In this document: in pieces, positions 19,969 through 28,178 of the stretch
Position numbering within the stretch: position 1 is the stretch's first letter
Layout: every line of letters begins with the position of its first letter
Assembly (NCBI GenBank): GCA_963841915.1
Contig: CAWJEN010000006.1
Location: 64,001 to 128,000, forward strand
Origin: an uncultured Planctomycetota bacterium
GTDB lineage: Bacteria; Planctomycetota; Phycisphaerae; Tepidisphaerales; Tepidisphaeraceae
DNA: 64,000 nt
Reading direction: 5' to 3'
Notes under the pieces: generated by a model
Database searches by the model: none
Seen by the model: the letters and a program-made list of their open reading frames with translations, nothing else
What the model was told of the DNA's origin: nothing
Program-made: the position numbers and the translations under genes

Positions 19969-21168
19969 CTACGCGAGAACAAGCTGGCTGGCGGCGATTT
20001 GAGCCACCGCGTCGGCGGCAAATTGGACGTCCTGCTTGCTGGTGAACGGCCCGAAGCTGAACCGTGTCGTACCGCCGCCTTCAAGGGTGCCCATCGCCCG
20101 GTGAGCCCACGGCGCACAGTGGATGCCGCTACGCGTCAGCACGCCGAAGCCGGCTTCCAGGGCCGCCGACAGCTCGATCGGTTCGTACCCGTCGGCCCGA
20201 ACGCTGAAGACGCCGATGCGATTTCCCACACCCTGCGGCCCGTGGAGCGAAAGCCCGTCGATCCCGCCGAGCGCGCCGAGGAACGTGCTGGTCAATGCCC
20301 GCTCGTGCTCAGCCAGCGCCTCGACCGTCTTGTTGCGGAGCCACTTGACGCCCGCCAGTAAGCCGGCAATGCCGATGGCGTTATGGCTGCCCGGCTCGTA
20401 CTTGTCGGGCATGTTCGTCGCAGGCGTCGGCAGGTCGCTGCGATGGCCCGTCCCGCCGTCGCGTAACGGCCGCACCATCTTCTCCAGGCCCGGCCGCAAG
20501 TAGAGGAAGCCCGTACCGAGCGGACCCATGAGCGCCTTGTGTCCTGGTGCCGCGAGCAGGTCAACGTGATCCGCCTGCACGTCGATCGGTATGTGTCCAA
20601 TCGACTGCGCCGCGTCGACGATGAATGGCACCGCCATCTCGCGACAGATCCGGCCGATCTCCCGGATCGGCTGCACCGCGCCGCTGACGTTGCTCGCGTG
20701 CGTGATCGCCACGAACTTCGTGTCGCACCGGATCGCCTTCTTGATATCTGCCGGGTCGACCATCGTCTGCTCGTCGCACGGCACCGCGTCGAATGCGAGG
20801 CCGACCTGCTCGGCCAAACCGTGGACCGGGCGCAGAATCGAGTTGTGATCGACCTCCGTCACGATGCAGTGGCCCGGCTTGTGCGGGTCGATGAGCCCGC
20901 GGATGGCAAGGTTTAATGCATCGGTGCAGTTGAGCGTGAAGACGACGTGATCCGCCGACGTGCCGTTGATGAGTCCGACGATCTCGCGTCGGCAGTCGCG
21001 GAGCAGCCGCCCCGTTTCGACCGCTTCGTCGTATGCCCCGCGACCGGCGGACGCACCCAGGTTCGTCGCGTAATCCGTCATCGCCGACAACACCTCCGGC
21101 GGCTTCGGAAAGCTCGTAGCGGCGTTGTCGAGGTACAAACGGCGCGGCTTAGAAGCGTCGACAGACAT
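19969..21168 (-). CDS. Cysteine desulfurase family (class V aminotransferase)
   Basis: YLDNAATSFPKP, HASNVSG, VDAAQS, APGHKALMGP, RSGIHCAP. Confidence 0.92.
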   Translation of the reverse strand: MSVDASKPRRLYLDNAATSFPKPPEVLSAMTDYATNLGASAGRGAYDEAVETGRLLRDCRREIVGLINGTSADHVVFTLNCTDALNLAIRGLIDPHKPGHCIVTEVDHNSILRPVHGLAEQVGLAFDAVPCDEQTMVDPADIKKAIRCDTKFVAITHASNVSGAVQPIREIGRICREMAVPFIVDAAQSIGHIPIDVQADHVDLLAAPGHKALMGPLGTGFLYLRPGLEKMVRPLRDGGTGHRSDLPTPATNMPDKYEPGSHNAIGIAGLLAGVKWLRNKTVEALAEHERALTSTFLGALGGIDGLSLHGPQGVGNRIGVFSVRADGYEPIELSAALEAGFGVLTRSGIHCAPWAHRAMGTLEGGGTTRFSFGPFTSKQDVQFAADAVAQIAASQLVLA

Positions 21169-21296
21169 CGCCGCCACCATACGCAACGGCCGATACGGCA
21201 CCGACGCCTGACGCCGCTTTTGAATGGCCACTGGCTGTGCCGACAGGGCCAATTCGCCCGACGCCACTGGCCCGGGTGCTGATTTGACCCGATGTC

Positions 21297-22274
21297 ATGG
21301 GGTCGATGCACGACGGTGTTCAACAACCTCCGGTTCAAAGCGTCGGCATCGTTATTCCCGTTCGCAACGGCGGCAGATACCTCGCCAAGACACTCGACAG
21401 TGTTCGGGACCAAACCCTGGACAGCTGGCGGTTGGTCATCGTCGTCAACGACTCAAGCGACAACACGTCCGATATCGCAAGGCATTACGTCGGCATCGAC
21501 GGGCGAATCACCACCATCACAGCCCCAGTGGCGGGCGTGAGTCGCGCTAGGAACCTGGGGTTTGAGCACCTTCTGGCGAATGATTCGCCCGACGCCGTCT
21601 GCTTCCTCGATGCCGACGACCTTTGGCAGCCTGACGCACTAGCGGACCTGAAGGAAGCGGTCGATGCCGACCCTGCCGCCGTCGCCGCCCACGGCGATGC
21701 CACCTTCGTTGACGCCGACGACGCTCCGCTCACTGGTGAAGCAATCGCCGAGTCGGCGGAGCGGCTGAGCCGCTGGTGTCACGACGGCTCGGGCAAGCTC
21801 CGACGCCTTGAAGCCGGCGAGCCGACGACGCAAGCCGCACTAGAGACGTGGCCTTGCCTGCTCACGCCGGGCTACGTGATGGTCCGCACCGCCGCCATCC
21901 GAAGCGTCGGGCCGTGGAACACTGAGCTAAGCATCGGCGAAGACTGGGAGCTGTGGGTCCGCCTGAGCCGGCTCGGGCACATCGCGCACGTGCCAACTCG
22001 CGTCATCGATTATCGTGTTCACGCAGCGAGTGCCAACGCATCCAGTAAGCGGGCCAGAGGGCTGGCGCGAGCCCGGCACGTCATCATGAACGGCGGGAGC
22101 GAAGTCGACCGCCGGCGGATTCGCCGTTCCTTTGCCCTCGCCCGCCGCATGCTCGCCCACCGCCGCTTCGCCGCGGCCTCTGAAGCTGCTAGTACCTTCC
22201 GCTTCACGTCGGCCGTCAAAGAAGCCGCCATCGGCTGCGCCCACCTTGGCCTGGGATGGTTACGCATCGTCTAA
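21297..22274 (+). CDS. Glycosyltransferase family 2
   Basis: IVIPVRNG, GVSRARNLG, FLDADD, GEDWELWVRL. Confidence 0.9.
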   Translation: MGSMHDGVQQPPVQSVGIVIPVRNGGRYLAKTLDSVRDQTLDSWRLVIVVNDSSDNTSDIARHYVGIDGRITTITAPVAGVSRARNLGFEHLLANDSPDAVCFLDADDLWQPDALADLKEAVDADPAAVAAHGDATFVDADDAPLTGEAIAESAERLSRWCHDGSGKLRRLEAGEPTTQAALETWPCLLTPGYVMVRTAAIRSVGPWNTELSIGEDWELWVRLSRLGHIAHVPTRVIDYRVHAASANASSKRARGLARARHVIMNGGSEVDRRRIRRSFALARRMLAHRRFAAASEAASTFRFTSAVKEAAIGCAHLGLGWLRIV

Positions 22275-22317
22275 GCAGGTCATACACCGGTTCACCGCCT
22301 GATCCGTCCTACGGATT

Positions 22318-22383
22318 GGAGTCGAAGGACCTCGCCTGGTCCGCCTGCTAATGGGGAGATCCCTCGGCTGCGCTCGGGATGAC
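22318..22383. repeat. Degenerate REP-like inverted doublet between convergent genes
   Basis: GAGATCCCTCGGCTGCGCTCGGGATGAC (22356-22383) plus an inverted partial copy GGAGTCGAAGGACCTC (22318-22333, 12/16 match). Confidence 0.55.
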
Positions 22384-22427
22384 GGAGAACGGAGCGTTCG
22401 TCGTTGTGCCTCTTTACCCAACATCGT

Positions 22428-23279
22428 TCAGTCGAAGACAACTGCGCGATTCCCATGAACCAGTACGCGATCCTCGAGGTGCGCCCGGACCGCCTCGGCG
22501 AGCACCCGCCGCTCCAGATCGCGCCCCTTGCGGATCAAATCTTCCGGCGTGTCCCGGTGTCCGACTAGCTCCACCGCCTGGGCCAGAATCGGGCCGGCGT
22601 CGAGCTCGCCGGTGACGTAATGGCTTGTCGCGCCGATGAGCTTGACGCCGCGGTCGTACGCCTGGTGATACGGCCGGCCGCCTTTGAACGCGGGCAGCAG
22701 TCCGTGGTGGATGTTGATGCAACGTCCCGCCCACGCGGCGGCCAGTGACGGTGACAGGATCTGCATGTACCGGGCCAGCACGATCAGACTCGCCTCGGCC
22801 ACCGCCTCACGCAGCTTTGCCTCCTGATCGTCCTTCGTCTCTGGTGTCACCGGTAGATGGACGAAACGAATTCCTCGCCGCTCCACCGCCGCCGCGGCGT
22901 CAGCGTGGTTGCTGACAACCACGACCACCTCTGCCGGCAGCTCGCCGACCTCGTGACGATAAAGAAGGTCACGCAGGCAATGGTCCTGGCGACTGACGAG
23001 GATGGCCACCTTTGGCTTGGCATCGTCCCAGCCGAGCCGTACGTCGAGCGTTTCCCGCCCCGCCATTTCGCCGACCGAGTTGGCAAAGGTTTCACGCGAC
23101 TGCCCCGCCGGCAACGTGAAGGCCAGCCGCATGAAGAAGCGTCCGCCCTCGCCGTGCTGGTCGGCGTCGGTGATGTTGCCGCCGTGCGACGCCAGAAACG
23201 ACGCGACCCCGGCCACGAGTCCCGGCCGGTCGTCACACTGCACAAGCAACCGGCCGGCGTGGGAAGCAGTAGACGTCAC
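22428..23279 (-). CDS. purU: Formyltetrahydrofolate deformylase
   Basis: ACT domain CDDRPGLVA, VSRQDHCL, LARYMQILS, INIHH, GVKLIGATSHYVT. Confidence 0.96.
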   Translation of the reverse strand: MTSTASHAGRLLVQCDDRPGLVAGVASFLASHGGNITDADQHGEGGRFFMRLAFTLPAGQSRETFANSVGEMAGRETLDVRLGWDDAKPKVAILVSRQDHCLRDLLYRHEVGELPAEVVVVVSNHADAAAAVERRGIRFVHLPVTPETKDDQEAKLREAVAEASLIVLARYMQILSPSLAAAWAGRCINIHHGLLPAFKGGRPYHQAYDRGVKLIGATSHYVTGELDAGPILAQAVELVGHRDTPEDLIRKGRDLERRVLAEAVRAHLEDRVLVHGNRAVVFD

Positions 23280-23516
23280 GTCGCATCGTACCGCGGTATT
23301 GGCGGCGTACCGGCGTTGTCGCCTCCGCGAACACCAGCGACGACCCTTTCTTCAACGCGACCGAAAGCCGCAGGGCAACGATAGTTGCCGGAACAAGCCG
23401 CATGATCGCTTTAATCTCATCGTCTGATACGACGCAGCGAGGTTTCCAAGATTGTTTCCGCTAATGGGTCAGATTTGTTTGCGAGCAGATGCGTCGTCCG
23501 ATAGTTTCGGGCCAGA

Positions 23517-24446
23517 GTGGGATACTGCGACGCCAGCCAACGGATTGGGCTCCAGCCGAGCCGGCGATGCGCCTTCACGCTGGTGGAGGCACTTGTGGTG
23601 ATCGGGATCATTGGGCTGCTCCTCGGCATGCTGTTGCCTTCGCTGACGGCATCACGCGATGCGGCTAAGGGCGTCACCTGTGCTGCCGGGCTGCGGGAAC
23701 AGGGCCGTGCGCTCACGTCCTACTCCATCGCCCATGACGGCTACATGCCACTGGCAGGCTCCCTTTGGGTGAACGCTTCCACGGGTTACGACTCGCTTCC
23801 GCCAGCGTTGAACGACGCCAGACGAAAGCGGTACACCTACATCGACGAGCGTTTGCCCGGCCTGACACCAGCTAAGGAGAGGGTGGCATCCATACCGGCC
23901 GCATTACTCGGCGAGCTGGGTGTGGACGAAGTCGATCTTACGTTCGCCTCTATCCACCAGTGGGATCGGGTTCGCGCAAAAGAAGAGGTCCTTTCCATCT
24001 TCGAATGCCCGGCAGCCGCTTTGGGTGCGTCCACTCGAACCAATCTGCTCACGGTAAACGCATCGACCATCGCCTTAAACGATCATGGCAGGATCGACTA
24101 CGGCTACAACGGTCTGCTTCTCGCATTCGACGCCCGACGAGCGCCGCAAGCCCTTCCAGCCCGCGGAGCCATGGCCGCTCTGTCGAATGCCGCCGAGTCA
24201 GTGCTGGCCGCCGACGCCGATACCTCCTCGGCATCAATAGCCGCTTGGGAAGTCGATCAGGAAGCAATGGCCCGTCAACGAGTGACGATGGGCGACGCTC
24301 TGACGAGGACGCTGAGCGGCGTGGTGCCGTTACACCTAGACCTGCGACGCCACCAAGGCAAAAGCAGCGTGGTCTACGGCGACGGCCATGTAGAGTTGCT
24401 GGCCGCAAAACAACTTGCTGAGGAGGCACTATGGATCAGTCACTGA
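23517..24446 (+). CDS. Prepilin-type N-terminal cleavage protein with H-X9-DG domain (DUF1559-like)
   Basis: AFTLVEALVVIGIIGLLLGMLLPSL, FECP, YGYN, RHQGKSSVVYGDGHVE. Confidence 0.9.
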   Translation: MGYCDASQRIGLQPSRRCAFTLVEALVVIGIIGLLLGMLLPSLTASRDAAKGVTCAAGLREQGRALTSYSIAHDGYMPLAGSLWVNASTGYDSLPPALNDARRKRYTYIDERLPGLTPAKERVASIPAALLGELGVDEVDLTFASIHQWDRVRAKEEVLSIFECPAAALGASTRTNLLTVNASTIALNDHGRIDYGYNGLLLAFDARRAPQALPARGAMAALSNAAESVLAADADTSSASIAAWEVDQEAMARQRVTMGDALTRTLSGVVPLHLDLRRHQGKSSVVYGDGHVELLAAKQLAEEALWISH

Positions 24447-24886
24447 ACCCGGCCGCAGCGGCATTCGGTCCGGACAGACGGGAAGCAACGACGTCCGCAT
24501 CGGACCTATTTGCCTCTATTACCGCGCTCATCTTGGCCGGTCTGCTGGTTGCAAAGCTCATCAATCCGGTTCCAACATCGCAGGTTCTCAGGCAGGTCTG
24601 GCACTTCTCCGAAGCGGTCAGTCTCGGAGCGTTTCTTGCGCTCATCGCTGCCGAAGGCGTTGTCGTCACGCTGCTGATCCTGCGTCGGACGCGTCGCTTG
24701 GGCAGCTACCTCACCATCGCCTTCCTCATTCTGGTGTCCATCAGCCCGGCACGTCAGATGATCGAAGGTAGCGAGATCGGCTGCGGGTGCGGATTAGGAT
24801 CTTCACAAGGCGGGTTGCTTGATCAGGCGACCGCAATCGGCAAAAACGTGATTCTAGCCCTCATGGCATGGTTGGCCCGACCCTAG
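24431..24886 (+). CDS. MauE/DoxX-family membrane protein
   Basis: About four TM helices, AKL..P, AE, the CGCG motif and KN..L at the end. Confidence 0.75.
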   Translation: MDQSLNPAAAAFGPDRREATTSASDLFASITALILAGLLVAKLINPVPTSQVLRQVWHFSEAVSLGAFLALIAAEGVVVTLLILRRTRRLGSYLTIAFLILVSISPARQMIEGSEIGCGCGLGSSQGGLLDQATAIGKNVILALMAWLARP

Positions 24887-24908
24887 ACACGCGCAGCGCT
24901 CAACTTGA

Positions 24909-24950
24909 TTGACTTCACTTTGGATACCGTTTAATTTCCAACCGCAGGAG
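24909..24950 (+). promoter_or_regulatory. Sigma70-type promoter and RBS of the Cys-rich mini-protein
   Basis: TTGACT (24909-14), 17 nt, TAATTT (24932-37); AGGAG at 24946-50. Confidence 0.65.
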
Positions 24951-24955
24951 ATCCG

Positions 24956-25291
24956 ATGAAAATGCACCGCACTTACTCGTTTATTGCCTTGTTGATTGCG
25001 TTCCTCTCGATGACCGCTTTTAAGGTCGCCTCGGCGTCACAGGTTGTTCAGACCTATGCGTCGGCCACACCAGGAATGCAATGGTGCTGCCTCTGGAACT
25101 CTGAATGCCCGGAGGTGACAGACTGCGTCGAGTGCCCGGCCGGATCTACGTGCGGCGGCACCTCTTCCGTCTCCTACGGGCTCGATGGTCAAATTAGTTC
25201 GTGCTCCGCACACGCCTTCTGCGGAGGCGGTGGTACTGGCACCGGTGGAGGCGACGATGACGACGACGAGGCACCCGATCCAGGCCAATAG
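24956..25291 (+). CDS. Small secreted 8-cysteine protein with a Gly-rich/acidic tail
   Basis: RBS, signal peptide, CC-x5-C-x5-C-x2-C-x5-C-x16-C-x5-C, then GGGGTGTGGGDDDDDE. Confidence 0.75.
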   Translation: MKMHRTYSFIALLIAFLSMTAFKVASASQVVQTYASATPGMQWCCLWNSECPEVTDCVECPAGSTCGGTSSVSYGLDGQISSCSAHAFCGGGGTGTGGGDDDDDEAPDPGQ

Positions 25292-25389
25292 TCCTCAGCG
25301 GCCAATCAACTTGACTAAATTGGTGAAGTTAACGAAGATCGACTTCTCCAGGTCGTTCGCCTTCAGACTCAGACTCTAACAGGCCTGCC

Positions 25390-26172
25390 TTGACCCGTTC
25401 CAAAGCTGTCATCATTGCATCTCTGGTATCGATCATTCTGATCGCAATTGGTTATTGGAGATGGAGTGCATTGGACACCGCATCTTCAGGCCCGCAGGTT
25501 ATTAAAGTTTCTGATGCTGAGCCACGCGAATCGACGAGTGGTGGGACGACAGAACTCATCACCACGTTAGTAGCCCAGATGGAGGGCCAACTGCCGCAGG
25601 ACGTGCCGGATCGGCCGGATCTCATAGTCCAGACACAGCGTATGTTCGAGGCATACCTGCTAACCGATTTGGACGCCTTCGACGACCTTATCCGTGGCGC
25701 CGGCCTGGATGTTCATCCAAGCTGGCGAACGAATGCAGGGCAGGAGACCTTCAAAGTCGAGACGCGGGTGACTAAGCACGCTGCCCTGCAGCCTGACACC
25801 TTGGACGCGCGATGGGTCGGACGCCAAGGGCAGCGGCTGGTTCCTGACCATCCGCCACACGGCGACCCCAACGTCAAGGGGTTCACCACGCGTCGCGGCG
25901 TGGAACCACGCGGCAGTAACGACATTCTTGATGTTGAGTCGCCTGACGTGGACGTCATTGAGGTCAGAGTCGACGGACGACTCAACGAGGCCGAGTTCGA
26001 CGACACGTTCAAAGGTGCCCTGTCCGTCCTGTTCGCCCGTCGCGGCGGATCTTCTGCAGGCTCCCATTGGATTCCGATCCAGACCCGAATCTTCTACTCG
26101 CCTGAGATGAGAAGCCGAGCGGTCTTTGTGCCGAGCCTCTCGAAGCCGCCGAGCGCGGGGAAGCAGAAGTAG
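25390..26172 (+). CDS. Hypothetical protein with an N-terminal membrane anchor
   Basis: 260-aa ORF, TM helix at about residues 6-24, co-oriented with the islet. Confidence 0.65.
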   Translation: MTRSKAVIIASLVSIILIAIGYWRWSALDTASSGPQVIKVSDAEPRESTSGGTTELITTLVAQMEGQLPQDVPDRPDLIVQTQRMFEAYLLTDLDAFDDLIRGAGLDVHPSWRTNAGQETFKVETRVTKHAALQPDTLDARWVGRQGQRLVPDHPPHGDPNVKGFTTRRGVEPRGSNDILDVESPDVDVIEVRVDGRLNEAEFDDTFKGALSVLFARRGGSSAGSHWIPIQTRIFYSPEMRSRAVFVPSLSKPPSAGKQK

Positions 26173-26678
26173 GTTACTAGTCTTGCTCCTCCCCAGACAA
26201 CTTGCGGGAGCGGCTCAGCAAACGCAGTGGCCGGCCGTTGCTGCTGCGGCTCGGGTTGCCGCCGTCGGGTGTGGCGACGACTCCTCGGCAGACTCGGCAC
26301 CAGCGTTTCTAAGGATTGCCAACAGCCTCGTCCAACGATGACGGACCGTTGCGGCAAAACCCCACGCGTGTGTCCAGATCGAAGTTTAAGACGGTGGTCG
26401 AAGCTGAGCTTCAAAACGGGCGGCATCGGCAGCAGGTCGGTCGGCAAAGGCGACTGCGATGAGGCGACACCCGCATGGTAACTTGGATCCAACTTCTGCG
26501 ATCGGATGCTCGCGCATGTGCTTTGTCGAGCCACTAAACCATTGCCGAAGGCGGCGGTCGCTTGAAACTTGTCGCACCCGATGTTGCGACCCCCCGACGC
26601 CGCCTCTATGCTCGCCGCCCGCACCCACCCTTCCTGCGGCCTCGCCCCGATTCGCACGCTCGACCGGCCGTCTTTGCA

Positions 26679-27794
26679 ATGAACGTCGCCCTACCCGCCG
26701 ACCTGACGCTTCCCCTTGCCGCCGGTGTCGGTGAGTCGTCCGCCGGCGTGATGACGCCCCTGGTCGTCGGCGTCATCAGCGCTGCCGCCGCCATCGGCAT
26801 GCTGCTGTTGCTTCCCAGCAAAAAGTCGGCCACCTGGCGACGACTCGGCGGTGCACTTGTCGCCGCGGCGTTGCTGTCGTACGCGATCACCGCCCTGCTG
26901 TCGGCAACGTTCCCGAACCTCTACTTCTGGGCCTTTGCCGCCATTGCGGTCGGTGGCAGTGTGCGGGTCATCACGCACCCGCAGCCGGTCTACTCGGCGT
27001 TGTACTTCGTCTTGACGGTCTTTGCCTCGGCAGGGTTGTTCGTCATCGCCTACGCCGAGTTCATGGCTGCGGCGCTGATTACGATTTATGCCGGTGCGAT
27101 TCTGGTGACGTACACGTTCGTCATCATGCTCGCCGCCGACGCCGCGCCGGAAGAAACGGGCGTCGCCGGTAAGGAGAAGGCGGCCAAGGACTTCATCGCC
27201 GCCCACGACGCCAACGCCCGCTCGCCGGTCGTGGCCAGCATCATCGGCTTTGTCATGGCCGGCATGCTCCTGTTCGTCGTCTTCGAGCGAGCGCCGGACC
27301 CAGACCTGTACGAGAAGCAGCTCAGCGTCATCGACGCCGACTATCTGAAGGTTCGCCACGCGTCGCTGCAAGTTGCGGAGACGACAGAAGTAGGCGTGGT
27401 GTCGACAACCGACGAAGACGCAACCGATGCGGTCGTCGCTGACGTGGCAGTGGCGACGCCGGCCGAAGCACCGCTTACCCGCGGCGACCTGTACACGTAC
27501 GACAACCGCCTGGCCTACGCCCAGGAGAAGGATCGCGGCAGCATCCAGGTGCTGGGTGTCTACTTGTTCACGCGGCAAATGGTGTCGCTTCAGGTAGCGG
27601 GCCTGATCCTGACGGTGGCCATGATCGGTGCGATCGTGATCGCCCGCCGCCGCATCTTGCCCGGTAACGCCGACGATCAGGCCGGTGGTGACGAGACGCT
27701 GACGATGCCGTTTACGCCTGTCAACGACAACCCCAAGAGCCTGCCGGTCTACGGCACCGCCTCGCCGCGGCAGAAGGCGTACCCCCAGAACTGA
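26679..27794 (+). CDS. nuoJ: NADH-quinone oxidoreductase subunit J (extended)
   Basis: PVYSALYF, AEFMAAALITIYAGAILVTYTFVIML, LILTVAMIGAIVIAR. Confidence 0.9.
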   Translation: MNVALPADLTLPLAAGVGESSAGVMTPLVVGVISAAAAIGMLLLLPSKKSATWRRLGGALVAAALLSYAITALLSATFPNLYFWAFAAIAVGGSVRVITHPQPVYSALYFVLTVFASAGLFVIAYAEFMAAALITIYAGAILVTYTFVIMLAADAAPEETGVAGKEKAAKDFIAAHDANARSPVVASIIGFVMAGMLLFVVFERAPDPDLYEKQLSVIDADYLKVRHASLQVAETTEVGVVSTTDEDATDAVVADVAVATPAEAPLTRGDLYTYDNRLAYAQEKDRGSIQVLGVYLFTRQMVSLQVAGLILTVAMIGAIVIARRRILPGNADDQAGGDETLTMPFTPVNDNPKSLPVYGTASPRQKAYPQN

Positions 27795-27803
27795 CCCGCT
27801 GCC

Positions 27804-28112
27804 ATGGAACTCCTCGGACTTCAGCATTTCCTCGCGGTCGGCGGCATCATGTTCGCCCTGGGCATGATCGGGTTCATGACCCGCCGGAACCTCATCGTGA
27901 TGTTCCTGTGCACGGAACTCATGTTCCAGGGCGTGGCCATCAGCCTTGTCGCCTTTGCGGCTTACCACAACAACGTCGCGGGCCAAGCGTTCGTCATCTT
28001 CCTGCTCGTTGTCGCCGCCGCCGAGGCGACCTTGGCACTTGGCATCGTGGTCCTGCTGTTCCGCCAGAAGGGCACTGTCGACAGCGAGGCGTGGAAAGAA
28101 CTCCGGGAATAG
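27804..28112 (+). CDS. nuoK: NADH-quinone oxidoreductase subunit K
   Basis: RRNLIVMFLCTELM, GQAF, VAAAEA. Confidence 0.95.
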   Translation: MELLGLQHFLAVGGIMFALGMIGFMTRRNLIVMFLCTELMFQGVAISLVAFAAYHNNVAGQAFVIFLLVVAAAEATLALGIVVLLFRQKGTVDSEAWKELRE

Positions 28113-28178
28113 TCCCGACCCGCCTTCCGCCCTCGCCTTTTCGCCCCGCCCGCTTCTCCCGACACTTTCGCGTTCCCG

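Noticed and set aside
26173..26678. Small ORFs after the islet, including Cys-rich 26227-26481
   Set aside because: No RBS, signal peptide or coherent composition; at most a decayed remnant.
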